NCBI GenBank assembly: GCA_963719035.1
Contig: CAVRAO010000008.1
Location: 160,001 to 224,000 of the forward strand
Direction: 5' to 3'
Origin: Methanobacteriota archaeon
GTDB lineage: Archaea > Halobacteriota > Bog-38 > Methanoflorentales > Methanoflorentaceae
Length of the DNA: 64,000 nucleotides
The translations under genes were made by a program, and so were the position numbers. The notes under the pieces are model-generated. The model saw only the letters and a list, made by a program, of their open reading frames with translations. It made no database searches and was not told the DNA's origin. Each line of letters begins with the position of its first letter. Within the stretch, counting starts at the first letter, position 1. Shown one piece after another: positions 8,985 through 18,694 of this stretch.

Positions 8985-9135
8985 ATGCAAGACGCAGCGG
9001 TGAGACAACAGTTATGCTCCTCAGGGCGCATGGCAAATCCATTGACGCCATCGCCCGCGAACTGAGCGTCCAGAAACAGACGCTCATTGCGTGGAAAAGC
9101 TCGTGCAAAGAGGAGATTGCTGACATGAAGGCATA
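8985..9135 (+). pseudogene. HTH protein remnant (paralog of 18376..18594)
   Basis: MQDAAVRQQ / 1-nt shift / MLLRAHGKSIDAIARELSVQKQTLIAWK..EEIADMKA aligns to MKDAEVRHQFITLRAQFKSFDTISKELRVHKPTLIEWE..EKIANLKA. Confidence 0.6.
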
Positions 9136-9154
9136 CATAATCTGGGAAACTATG

Positions 9155-9631
9155 CTACCGCTGTTTCAACAGCTCTTGTATCTGCTCTTCTGCAGGAACT
9201 GCCTGGGACCATACGTTCTCAAAGGATGTGAGGAGGTACTCAGCATAATTAGGACTCTCGCTCCAGAAGGCAGTGAGAGGAGTATCAAGCGTATATTCTT
9301 GGACGCCGAGATTTATCGCGCTGATGCTCTGCTGCTTATCACCTACGATCATGAAGATTTCATGGAACTGGTCACTATGACGCAGATCATAACCGATATC
9401 AAGTCGCTTTCGCACCCCTTCAACGTCATCGCGCGATATGGGTATAATGCCCCTGATCGCCCCGCCGTTTTGTATGAACCGGTCGGCGCTTTGCATAGAA
9501 GCATAATTCGCGGCGAGGGACACAAAGGAATAAGGTGTGACGTAGACAATCTCGTGCTTTGCTGATTCAAATATCCCTAAAATCACCGCTATGGCGTCTT
9601 TAACACTGTTGATAACTGTACCGGCAGGCAT
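9155..9631 (-). CDS. TrmB-family C-terminal domain only (truncated paralog)
   Basis: Homologous to the C-terminal half of 9741..10583 (ISAIN, YL..FE..W.Q.VPAE..IQELLKQ); no HTH. Confidence 0.65.
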   Translation of the reverse strand: MPAGTVINSVKDAIAVILGIFESAKHEIVYVTPYSFVSLAANYASMQSADRFIQNGGAIRGIIPISRDDVEGVRKRLDIGYDLRHSDQFHEIFMIVGDKQQSISAINLGVQEYTLDTPLTAFWSESPNYAEYLLTSFENVWSQAVPAEEQIQELLKQR

Positions 9632-9740
9632 GAAAAGTCATATCGAAACTGGCTTATACATAAGTATGTGACACAGGATGGTGTCGCTTGGATTTTGAAA
9701 AAAGATGGAAATTGTTCGGCTCCGTTGTGTAGTAAAGCTT

Positions 9741-10583
9741 TTAATGATCTGCCTGCGGAGGGCCTTGCTTGAGCAGCTCTTGTATCCTTTTTTCCGCTGG
9801 AACAGACTGCTTCCAAAGAGATTCAAAAGTGGAGACGAGATACGCGCCATATACAGGGTCACTAGCATAGAGCATATTGGCTGGTTCATTGAGCCTCACG
9901 TGCTTGACATCAATGTTAATCGCACTGATACAGTGCTTTCTTTCGAAGACTGCGTAATACAGCCCTTGGTAGCTGTCAAAGTGCCGCACGTCCTCGCCGA
10001 CATCTAAGACCTCTTGCACGAACGGTATTACAGAATAGGTGATGTCAGTGATGCCCCGCGTCTTCCCTCCTCGTTTAGATAGCTCACTAACGACGTCGTT
10101 GATGCCAAACATGGAGGCCAACTGCAATCCTTCTTTGGGCGCTATCCACAGAAACTCCTGTTCTATTGAGGAGAGGATGGGTATCGCAGTGTTGACGATC
10201 TCCTTGATGCTCTTGAGTATCTTAAACGGAGCAACTTCGTCGGAGCGTCGAAACTGTTGCTGCTTTGCCAGTTCCTGCAGCTCCCGTTTTCGCATTTCCA
10301 TCTCACGCAGTTCGCTCTGTTGGTTTTTCAGTACAGAGCTAAGGGCGACATTAATGTCCACTGCGGCGTAGACTGTCGGCGAATTTAGTGACGGACGCAC
10401 CATACCCCTCTCAACGAGACTATTCAGGGTGCGGTGCACGTCTTCACGATACGTCTTCAGTGACTTTGCGAGCGGGGACGGCGTCTTGGGGCCGTATTTG
10501 AGCAGGTGCAGATACGTCTGCGCCTCCTTTTCGCTGAGCCCGAATCCAATTAAACGGCGGGAGAAGTCTTCGTCAGTGGCCAT
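9741..10583 (-). CDS. TrmB-family transcriptional regulator
   Basis: FGLSEKEAQTYLHLLKYGP..wHTH..LNSLVERGMV..PTVY, coiled coil, C-terminal effector domain; SD GAGGTGA. Confidence 0.85.
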   Translation of the reverse strand: MATDEDFSRRLIGFGLSEKEAQTYLHLLKYGPKTPSPLAKSLKTYREDVHRTLNSLVERGMVRPSLNSPTVYAAVDINVALSSVLKNQQSELREMEMRKRELQELAKQQQFRRSDEVAPFKILKSIKEIVNTAIPILSSIEQEFLWIAPKEGLQLASMFGINDVVSELSKRGGKTRGITDITYSVIPFVQEVLDVGEDVRHFDSYQGLYYAVFERKHCISAINIDVKHVRLNEPANMLYASDPVYGAYLVSTFESLWKQSVPAEKRIQELLKQGPPQADH

Positions 10584-10622
10584 CAGTAATCACCTCGTAA
10601 GTGAGCTTATGATAGATATACG

Positions 10623-10775
10623 TTACTTAATGAGCGGGGGGCGAAGCACGCTGTTCACGGCGTTGGCGAGGCGCTCTGCGCACTTGGTGCAGTTTGGATC
10701 GTTTGTGTTCACGCAGCCGAAGTGGAGGCCATACCAGCAGGCCCCGGTTTTTATGGTCGTTAGGTTCGTTGCCAT
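10623..10775 (-). CDS. Small Cys peptide (50 aa; C-x7-C-x7-CxxC)
   Basis: SD GGAGATG before ATG; MATNLTTIKTGACWYGLHFGCVNTNDPNCTKCAERLANAV...; similar Cys pattern to 20336..20485. Confidence 0.55.
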   Translation of the reverse strand: MATNLTTIKTGACWYGLHFGCVNTNDPNCTKCAERLANAVNSVLRPPLIK

Positions 10776-10846
10776 AATATTCATCTCCGATCCAACTGCA
10801 CCGAGTAGTTTCATAAGGCCGCGTGAGACAGCGATTGTGTGGAAAA

Positions 10847-10871
10847 GCGTGACAGTGTGTTTGTGTCACGC
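10847..10871. promoter_or_regulatory. Palindromic operator candidate GCGTGACA-N9-TGTCACGC
   Basis: Perfect 8-bp inverted repeat upstream of the small Cys peptide and trmB; related sites at 20612 and 9668. Confidence 0.55.
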
Positions 10872-10979
10872 CTCACAGCGGCTATCGCAGGAAAGCGGCG
10901 ATCGAAAAAACAGAAGCTAATCGAGTTGCAGCTAATCAAGCAGCAGCTGCAAAAACAGCTGCATAGCGATAGCGCTATG

Positions 10980-12704
10980 CTAATGTCGACTGTGACCTTT
11001 CGATTGCCCAAGCCCACCGAACATCTCGAGTCCCTGCTGCGACGCGAGGATGCGCTTTAGGTCAGACCGATGCATGGCGACGTAGAGAAGACTCTGGATG
11101 CGTCGTAACCCAGAACTTGTCTCGGGATTGCGCAGGATCTGACGCGCTTGTTCGTCCGTGATGCCTGCAAGCGTGAGCATCGTGCCCGTCGTATCGGCGT
11201 ACTGCACCGACTCAGCAAAGCCCCGCCCGATATCATCACCGTGTGCGCTGCGCACGTAGACCGCCCCTTCAGCGTACTGACTGCCGTTCGCAAAATAATT
11301 CATCTGCCCTGATTCGACGATCGGGACGAGCGTAAATGAGCGGATATCCTCGGGCACAATCTCGCCAAACGTGAACTCCCATTGATTCGGGTGCCACGTG
11401 TGTGTTACGGGATATGACTGCTCGTTTGGCGAATAATCGCTCTTCACCCATTGAGAGACCACAAGCGTGCCGACCGTATTGGTAAGGTTTTTTTGCTCGT
11501 CCATGTACTTTCCAACAACGGTGGCCTGCATAACACCGGGTGGCTGCGCCCCGGTCTGATAATAAAACGAAATATACGCGTTCGTATGCGGGGCAAACAT
11601 CGTAAGCTGACGATCTCCGTTAAATTGTGCCATGAACCAGTCCCATCCGGGCGGTTCAGGCTGCTTGGTGTTGTTTGCGGCGCGCAAGACGGAAGACTGG
11701 GGATTGCCTGCAAGGTATCCCCATTGATGATCAAACCAAAACGTGCCGCGTTCAAGTTTGATGGTCTCGCCATCGATTCTAAGAGAGCTTTCAGGAGCGA
11801 CCTCCATGTGAGGGATGGAGTAATAGAGCGTTTCCATCCCATCAACGCACGGCATACAACCATTGGCACCTTGCAAGAGGTACTCCTTGCCTGAGGTGAA
11901 CGTAAGATCAATTTCCAATTCCTTCGCTTCAGCGCGCTTTTCGACCCCCCACGCAGCCAGATGAAGCGGGAAAAAGGAAGCGGTGGTCGTGCTCTCAATC
12001 CGGTTGCGACCGACTGCGTAGTGATACGGAGCAAGCCCACACGTTATGAGGCCCGTCGTGCCCGCAATCACGACAGGATCTGCTTGATAATGCCGATCGC
12101 CCGCTTTACTGATCCCTAGTTGGAGTTCGATGACCTGATTTTCGATATCAGTAAGGTTGAATTGCGCCGCCAGCGCGGGATTGAGCAGAGGAGCGCGGAA
12201 CAACATGTACTCGATACCGAATTCACGCCCTTCCGCGTCCCAACAGCTGCCGACAAAAAAGTGCCAGCCAACTTGTGTTTTGAGCTGAGGCAGGTGGTCG
12301 CGCGGAAACTCAAGATCGGCCGTCTCGGGTAATCGTTCGAATCCCTGGCTCGCGTTAAGGCCGAGGAACTTACTCACGATCACATACGCTTGATGAGGTG
12401 TAAGTTCTCTGCATAAGCGCTTGAGCGCAGTGTAACGCCGTTCATAATTTGGATTATGAGATTGCGGATGCGCCAGAAGCCAGTCAAGGTACGCGCCCAT
12501 CCTCGTGCCTAACGACTGCGTGCTGTTTTTGGAATCGCGGATTTGCACACCGACATCATCGGGGATATTGTCGGATTCAAAAAAACGCATCCAGAGCGCA
12601 TGCGCGATGTGCTGTTTCGTTGCGTCGTCAAGAGGCATCTCAAAATCGATAGCGTCATCCATTAATCTCAATCCTGATTGTACGGTCGTATGTTGCCCTT
12701 TCAA
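10980..12704 (-). CDS. Lipocalin-like/AttH (CrtC-like) domain protein
   Basis: FPRDH..GWHFF, YYSIP, FWFDHQWG, GWDWF, YAEG, GFAE motifs typical of AttH/CrtC-like beta-barrel proteins. Confidence 0.7.
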   Translation of the reverse strand: MKGQHTTVQSGLRLMDDAIDFEMPLDDATKQHIAHALWMRFFESDNIPDDVGVQIRDSKNSTQSLGTRMGAYLDWLLAHPQSHNPNYERRYTALKRLCRELTPHQAYVIVSKFLGLNASQGFERLPETADLEFPRDHLPQLKTQVGWHFFVGSCWDAEGREFGIEYMLFRAPLLNPALAAQFNLTDIENQVIELQLGISKAGDRHYQADPVVIAGTTGLITCGLAPYHYAVGRNRIESTTTASFFPLHLAAWGVEKRAEAKELEIDLTFTSGKEYLLQGANGCMPCVDGMETLYYSIPHMEVAPESSLRIDGETIKLERGTFWFDHQWGYLAGNPQSSVLRAANNTKQPEPPGWDWFMAQFNGDRQLTMFAPHTNAYISFYYQTGAQPPGVMQATVVGKYMDEQKNLTNTVGTLVVSQWVKSDYSPNEQSYPVTHTWHPNQWEFTFGEIVPEDIRSFTLVPIVESGQMNYFANGSQYAEGAVYVRSAHGDDIGRGFAESVQYADTTGTMLTLAGITDEQARQILRNPETSSGLRRIQSLLYVAMHRSDLKRILASQQGLEMFGGLGQSKGHSRH

Positions 12705-13256
12705 TGCACCTTATCCTTAAAAAAGGGGCCGTATGTTGATGGAGTGCTATCATAAGACAATGCATATGCAAAAACTAAATGCTTAAGCTCAGCCGCCTTC
12801 CCGTATCGCTTTTCAGACGGACTAAATCAGCAACCTTATACGCTACACTAAGGTGATAAAGAGCAGTTTTTCACATAGGCGGCGAATAGTGAACTAGCCT
12901 GTCGAAAAGCGGTGATTATGGCGGATAGACTAGATTTGAAACGTATGGCATTTATCGCCCTCTTGCTCTGCGTGATGATAGTCGCGGCTGTCGGAGCAGG
13001 CGCGCCCGAAACCGTGCTTAGTGCTAAAAATGCGATTTAAATTATCGCTAATTATAATACGCTCCGGGGGCGCTATATGGACATACCTGTCTCTGCGATG
13101 CGGTCGCCAAATCCTACGTGATAAAAGACGCCTGGGATGATGAGATAACGCTCGTACCGCGCGATGAGAAATTCCCAGAACTGGAAAAATAACCAAAAAC
13201 CCCCAAAACCACCCCGGCTCTAAGTGGGGCAATCGAATTCGAACTGGAGGCACAAT

Positions 13257-14219
13257 GTGAAGGAAATCACGATAAACGAAATCGAAGGCTTTCAGATAGG
13301 CAGCGACCAGGATACGGTCGGCGGAACCGGCTGCACGGTCATAATATGCAGGAATGGCGCCACTGCAGGCGTGGAGGTAAGGGGGTCGGCCCCCGCAACA
13401 AGGGAGACCGACCTGCTTTCGCCCCTGAACATGGTCGAAAAGATAAACGCTGTGATACTTTCGGGAGGCAGTGCCTTCGGGCTTGACGCCGCGGGAGGCG
13501 TCATGAAGTACCTGGAAGAGGACAGCATCGGCTTCGAAACCGGCTTCGGCGTAGTGCCGATCGTATGCGGAGCCGCGCTTTTTGACCTGTGCGTCGGAAA
13601 TCCGAAGGCCAGACCTGACATGAAAATGGGCTACGCAGCCTGCATGAACGCGAGGAAGAACAGCCCCAAGGAGGGGAATTACGGCGCCGGAACCGGCGCC
13701 ACGGTGGGAAAATTCCATGGGCCTGACCACATGATGAAGAGTGGGCTGGGGATGTACGCCGTGCAGGCCGGAAGGGTCAAATGCGGAGCCATCGTAGCCG
13801 TCAACGCCCTGGGAGACGTTTATGACGCGGATACGGGCGACCAGTTGGCGGGTATCCTGAACAAGGACAGGAACGGCCTGGACAATACCCATGCGCTCAT
13901 GATGGACTTCATGGAGCGTGATCTCAACGCGTTCAGGGCAAATACGACCCTGGGGTGCATCATAACCAACGCCAGGCTCACCAAGGCCCAGTGCACCAAG
14001 CTGGCCGCATTCACGCATAACGGATACGCCAGGGCGATACGTCCTGTACACACGACCGTGGACGGCGATACGGTGTTTGTGATGGCTGCGGGAAACGTTG
14101 ACGCAGCGCTGGACAGCCTGGGAGTCCTTGCTGCTGACGTCATGGCCAAGGCCATAGCAAGGGCGGTGCTGTCGGCCGAGCCTGCATATGGGCTTCCCGT
14201 CGCACGCAGTTTTAAGTAG
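13257..14219 (+). CDS. P1/DmpA family peptidase (S58)
   Basis: GTGCTV, RGSAPATRETDLL, LSGGSAFGL, GAGTGATVG, NTTLG, DGDTVF; SD GGAGG before GTG. Confidence 0.9.
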   Translation: MKEITINEIEGFQIGSDQDTVGGTGCTVIICRNGATAGVEVRGSAPATRETDLLSPLNMVEKINAVILSGGSAFGLDAAGGVMKYLEEDSIGFETGFGVVPIVCGAALFDLCVGNPKARPDMKMGYAACMNARKNSPKEGNYGAGTGATVGKFHGPDHMMKSGLGMYAVQAGRVKCGAIVAVNALGDVYDADTGDQLAGILNKDRNGLDNTHALMMDFMERDLNAFRANTTLGCIITNARLTKAQCTKLAAFTHNGYARAIRPVHTTVDGDTVFVMAAGNVDAALDSLGVLAADVMAKAIARAVLSAEPAYGLPVARSFK

Positions 14220-14520
14220 CGGGAATCAGCGTTTAGCCGAGAGCTTGGGCTCTTAATCAAGTCGCGTCCGCACTTTTCTCGTTTGGATACTGGGCGCGAG
14301 ATACGTTGAGTGTCGCCCCGCCGTGGAGGGGATGTTCACCAGCGTAATTCGTCCCCACGACCCCATCGTGATTGCCTGAGAGTAACCCCCGACGTGCGAC
14401 TTACGGCCTCAAAGGGCCAACCGGCGAAGACAATCGGTTAAAATAAAGTTAGTTACATAGATACCGCAATGCCAGCGTGGTGACAGATCATCGCTACGGT
14501 CAAATGAATGGAGACAGGAC

Positions 14521-14916
14521 GTGCAGAATCGCGCCAACTCAGAAATCGATAGCGTGAAGCGCTTGCTGCATGAAAGCCGCGGACTCATCGAGCACATTTC
14601 AACATTGACTGATGAGCGTGCCAAACTCAACCCGCTTCCCGGTTCACTTCGAAAACGGCATATGCGATGTGGCAAGCGGAGTTGCCGCTGTAGGACGGGC
14701 GCACTGCACGGCCCTTACTACTATTTTGAGCCCTCACGGCAGCACGGGAAGTGGCGCTACGTTTCGAGGGATCGCCTTGTTGACGTGAAGAAGGGCATCG
14801 CTGACTGGAAAAAGCAGCAGGAAATCGACGAAACGCTGCAGACGTGTGCAGCTCGGCTTGATGCTGTCCTTAAGGCGATCCAAAAGGAGATTGCCTCGGT
14901 GATTTCAGCACCCTGA
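14521..14916 (+). CDS. DUF6788-like protein (typically mobile-element associated)
   Basis: GSL....RCGKRSCRC..G..HGPYYY motif. Confidence 0.7.
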   Translation: MQNRANSEIDSVKRLLHESRGLIEHISTLTDERAKLNPLPGSLRKRHMRCGKRSCRCRTGALHGPYYYFEPSRQHGKWRYVSRDRLVDVKKGIADWKKQQEIDETLQTCAARLDAVLKAIQKEIASVISAP

Positions 14917-15057
14917 CGAGCACGCTATCATAAAACGTGCGGGTTGTTATCGTCGATAGATGTTTGTCCTACTCTAATAATGGATAAATTCATATATAAG
15001 TAGAGTAGGATAACGCGTACAAGATTCCTTCTTCAGAAGCTATCTGTGTTACCGGTT

Positions 15058-15711
15058 ATGGCTCACATTCATCTGCCGGATGGGGTGTTCTCGCTTCAAT
15101 GGGTGATCGTCTGGTGGACGCTCGCCTTGATCGTGCTTGCAATAGCGCTCCTCGTCTCGCGTCGCCAGACTGTCGCCACCCAGCGGATCACCATCGCGGC
15201 GTTACTCGCTGCTGCTGCGTTCGCCATATTTCAGGTGAACATCCCGTTCGCCGGCGGGGTGCATATGAACCTCACCCCGCTCATCGGCATTCTCGCCGGC
15301 CCTACCATCGGGTCGCTGATCGTGTTGATTGTCAATATTCTCAGTGCGGCGATCGGCCACGGCGGGTGGGGGCTGATCGGGGCAAACACCCTTGTGAATA
15401 TTAGCGAGGTCGGGAGCGCGTATTACCTCTTCTATTATGCGACCCGCCGTTTTGAGCTCTTCACCCGTGGAGCGGTCGCGGCGTTTGGCGGGTTGCTTGT
15501 GGGAAACGCCTTGTCAGTAATCATCATCGTGATTTCAGGGATACAGGGGAGCACCCTTTCGGGAAGTGCGTTGCTCGTGTACATACTCCAAGTCCCCCTC
15601 TTGAACCTGATTGTGGCCGTAGGCGAGGCGATTGTGACGGGATTTGTGGTAGAATATTTGGGCAAGGTGCGCCGTGATTTGCTCGCTCCGCGAGACGTTG
15701 TTGGTGAATGA
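15058..15711 (+). CDS. cbiM: ECF cobalt/nickel transporter S component CbiM/NikM
   Basis: HIHLPDG N-terminus, GGVHMNLTPLIGILAGP, GHGGWGLIGAN, multiple TM helices. Confidence 0.85.
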   Translation: MAHIHLPDGVFSLQWVIVWWTLALIVLAIALLVSRRQTVATQRITIAALLAAAAFAIFQVNIPFAGGVHMNLTPLIGILAGPTIGSLIVLIVNILSAAIGHGGWGLIGANTLVNISEVGSAYYLFYYATRRFELFTRGAVAAFGGLLVGNALSVIIIVISGIQGSTLSGSALLVYILQVPLLNLIVAVGEAIVTGFVVEYLGKVRRDLLAPRDVVGE

Positions 15712-15943
15712 CGTGAAGTGGCAATATCTCATATTGGCGGCGGTCTTTATTGGTGCGGTGGCAATCTCTCTCTGGACAGCCACGCGTGTCGACATGCACG
15801 AAATAGAACAAGGCTTAACCAACGTCTCAGAGGAGGAGCACGAGGGAGTTATTGAAGGAGGCAACGTCGCTCTCTACGGCGCAATCGTAATTATACTGTT
15901 TTTTATCGCCCTCGCTGTTTTTGTTTGGTCAAAATATCAATGA
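15704..15943 (+). CDS. Small 2-TM protein (CbiN/NikN-like)
   Basis: Overlaps the cbiM stop; two TM helices flanking an acidic His-containing loop. Confidence 0.55.
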   Translation: MNDVKWQYLILAAVFIGAVAISLWTATRVDMHEIEQGLTNVSEEEHEGVIEGGNVALYGAIVIILFFIALAVFVWSKYQ

Positions 15944-16064
15944 ATACGTGCCTAGGATGCACACACTATCAGTCTATCAGCTTATTGTGCACCAAAAACG
16001 TTCGGTTTTTGCATTACCGACTGGGGGGCAGAAGGGCAGTGATGAGCAGTCTTTACGGTGCACT

Positions 16065-17354
16065 TTACCCTTTCAGGCCCTGCACCACCGCGGTGGTCGT
16101 GCCCTGCCCTTGGACGACCGTTGCGCCTGAGCGGGGATCGGTGCTGAATTGCGCTGTCTCCACCTTCACGTACGTGCCGTTTTGACTTGTGATCGTCCAG
16201 AAGTCATAGTTCGCATACGCCCGATCGCCGACGGCGTTGAGCGTGGTATTGCCGGTGATGCCGGCATAGGCACTGGCAACGCGCGGAATGGCCTCTCGAA
16301 GCGCGGTGGTGTTCTGTGCGCCCACCTCGGCTATCGCGCGAGCCATGATCCACACCGCGTCGTAGGCGAAGGAGCCATAGGGGGTTTGCACCGTGCTATT
16401 CACGCTCGTATTATGCATGAGGCGATCGTATTGGGCGCCTTGCCCTTCGACCTGCTGAACGGCGGTGTAGTTCACACGGGCAGCTATCTGCGCCACTGTG
16501 TCGTTGGCGAGGATGGCGTTGATTGGCGTCGCTGCAACGCCCCACCAGCGCGCCGCCGACCATTGCGGGTCATTGCCCGCTGCGATGAGCATCGGCACCG
16601 TATTACGTTCGAACCCGATGAAGAGTACGCCGACCGAGCCCCCTTTGTACGTGGCTATCACTTGCGTGAGCTGTGGTCGCACGGCATCGAGCGCGCCGCT
16701 GAAGTTCGTGGTATTCGGCGGAAATCGCTCCGCCGCGGTCACGACGCCGCCCTGCTGTCGGAACGCGGTGGTCGTTGCGTTGATGAGTCCGTTGCCGTAG
16801 ACGTCGTCGCGTACGAAGGCTATGAGCAGACTCACTCCCTGTTCCGTCATCGCTTCAGCGAGCGCGGGGCCCTGGTGGCTGTCGTCGGGCACGATACGAA
16901 ACACGTTCCCTCGCGGAACGCCGAGCGACGAGGCGGTGCTTCCGTAGCTGATGAGTACCATGCCGACCTGGTCAGCATAGGGGGCGACGGCTTCGACTTC
17001 GGCGCTTGAGTAGGGCCCGATAACGGCCATCACCCCGTCTGCGTGCAGCGCTTGCATTGCCGCGAGCGCGCCATCAGGGGTCGTTCCCGTGTCCTTGACG
17101 GCGAGGTGGACGCGGACGCTCGCTTTAGCCGCGGTGAGGTAGTCGTTGACGTCAGCCTCCGCTGCGTGAATGGTGCTGTTCACGTTGGCGCCGACGTTCG
17201 CTCCGTCGCCTGTTAGCGGTAACAGCGCGCCGACGGTCACGCTTTTGGGTTGCGTCGTTCCCGGTTGAACGCTTGACGTGCATCCGGCGGTCAGAACGGT
17301 TCCAAGCACGACGAGCGCAATGAACGCCGTGCCCCAACGGCTCGTAAACGGCAT
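16065..17354 (-). CDS. ABC transporter substrate-binding lipoprotein (branched-chain amino acid/LivJ type)
   Basis: Lipobox-like LTAGC, VGALLPLTG, VIGPYSS, FRIVPDD, AYDAV, GITG; no permease adjacent. Confidence 0.85.
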   Translation of the reverse strand: MPFTSRWGTAFIALVVLGTVLTAGCTSSVQPGTTQPKSVTVGALLPLTGDGANVGANVNSTIHAAEADVNDYLTAAKASVRVHLAVKDTGTTPDGALAAMQALHADGVMAVIGPYSSAEVEAVAPYADQVGMVLISYGSTASSLGVPRGNVFRIVPDDSHQGPALAEAMTEQGVSLLIAFVRDDVYGNGLINATTTAFRQQGGVVTAAERFPPNTTNFSGALDAVRPQLTQVIATYKGGSVGVLFIGFERNTVPMLIAAGNDPQWSAARWWGVAATPINAILANDTVAQIAARVNYTAVQQVEGQGAQYDRLMHNTSVNSTVQTPYGSFAYDAVWIMARAIAEVGAQNTTALREAIPRVASAYAGITGNTTLNAVGDRAYANYDFWTITSQNGTYVKVETAQFSTDPRSGATVVQGQGTTTAVVQGLKG

Positions 17355-17679
17355 ACGCACGAGCGTGTTAGACGAGGCAATATGATATAAAGGTGCATGG
17401 GCCTTGCGGGGCGCAACGGCCGAATCTTCTGTCTCGTCCGATTGAGCGCTTCCCCATATTGGGCACACACCACTAGACGAAGGTGTGTTCTTACGCGGAA
17501 GCCAAAAGCCAGTGGTATCTGTCGTGCATGTAGAAGCTGCTGACACCGGCACATGCCCCCGTCGCATTTTTAAAGAAAGCCTTTTCATCAAGCTATCTGG
17601 TTTTAGTACTCATAAAGCCTACGCTCGTAAAAAACCGAAAAATTAATATTCTTAGCGAGCGTGGTAAGGTCAATAGATT

Positions 17680-18228
17680 ATGAATATAGAAGAGTTCACC
17701 GACAGGCTCCATCGCCTTGGCATCGACGTGCCTGCAGGCACGTTACGGCGGTGGGCAGCAGAAGGGCTTGTAACAGCACCGCGGCGGGTGCAGAACCCGG
17801 CAGGACGTGGGCGGCTGAGCGACTGGCCTGAGACGTCCGTTGAAGAGGCCGCGGCGTGCTGGGCCGTCCGGCACCTCACCACTCAGGGGGCGGCACCCAA
17901 CGTCGAAACGATGCAGCGTGTCCGGCTGCTTTCCCGAAAGCTCTCCGAGACACCGTTTGGCATCATAACAGGAGACGTCAAGCCCGACGGGACACGCGGC
18001 CTGTTTTTGTTCTCGTCAGCGCTCCACCCGCTCGTCGTGAACTGGGCGGTGACGGTGGAAAAGGTGCGCCGTGGCTGGCCGGTGCTTAAGCCGGCGCGCC
18101 TCACGTTTCGGTGGACGGTCGCGGGCACACCGCACGAGGGAACGCTGAAAACGGCGCTGGTCGATGCAACGCTCGAACCGGCAGATCGTAATTCAGTCAG
18201 CATTCACAGCGAGCGAATTGACGTCTGA
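17680..18228 (+). CDS. MerR-like HTH hypothetical protein
   Basis: TLRRWAAEGLV..P....GRGR N-terminal pattern. Confidence 0.6.
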   Translation: MNIEEFTDRLHRLGIDVPAGTLRRWAAEGLVTAPRRVQNPAGRGRLSDWPETSVEEAAACWAVRHLTTQGAAPNVETMQRVRLLSRKLSETPFGIITGDVKPDGTRGLFLFSSALHPLVVNWAVTVEKVRRGWPVLKPARLTFRWTVAGTPHEGTLKTALVDATLEPADRNSVSIHSERIDV

Positions 18229-18375
18229 GAGCGAACGACTAACGCCAGTAGTGAGACCATACATACAGAGACGACGCAGAGCCACTGTCGACTCTTGCAC
18301 GCAGACAGGACTGCGGCGGGATCTCCTGTCGCCACAGATCAGGTATTGACCATGCGAAACGCACGAGGCTGAAGC

Positions 18376-18594
18376 ATGAAAGACGCCGAAGTGAGACACC
18401 AGTTTATAACGCTCAGGGCACAATTCAAGAGCTTTGATACCATTTCCAAAGAGCTGCGCGTGCACAAGCCGACGCTCATCGAGTGGGAACATGAGTACAA
18501 AGAGAAAATCGCAAATCTCAAGGCTATCGAACTGGAGGAACTCAGAGAACGGTTTTGGCTTACGACAAAGGCGCAGACGACTCGCGGTCTTTGA
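18376..18594 (+). CDS. Small HTH protein (mobile-element type), probably truncated
   Basis: FITLRAQFKSFDTISKELRVHKPTLIEW HTH; paralog remnant at 8985. Confidence 0.6.
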   Translation: MKDAEVRHQFITLRAQFKSFDTISKELRVHKPTLIEWEHEYKEKIANLKAIELEELRERFWLTTKAQTTRGL

Positions 18595-18694
18595 GAAGCG
18601 TATTGAGCTGTTAGGGGGGGCGTCGCTTAAAATGTGCTTCAGACAGGCCGACAAGACAGAGGACGGCCAAGGGTATCAGTCAAGAAGGTGAACA

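Noticed and set aside
8900-9565. 221-aa plus-strand ORF
   Set aside because: Chimera of the HTH remnant and the antisense of the TrmB fragment
12930-14051. 373-aa minus-strand ORF, and similar long antisense ORFs at 16149-17009 and 35067-35921
   Set aside because: Shadow frames opposite well-supported genes; no motifs
14308-14400. CRISPR type I-E-like repeat (GTCGCCCCGCCGTGGAGGGGATGTTCACC) and nearby CCCC fragments
   Set aside because: Single degenerate copy, no regular repeat-spacer period, no cas genes in the window
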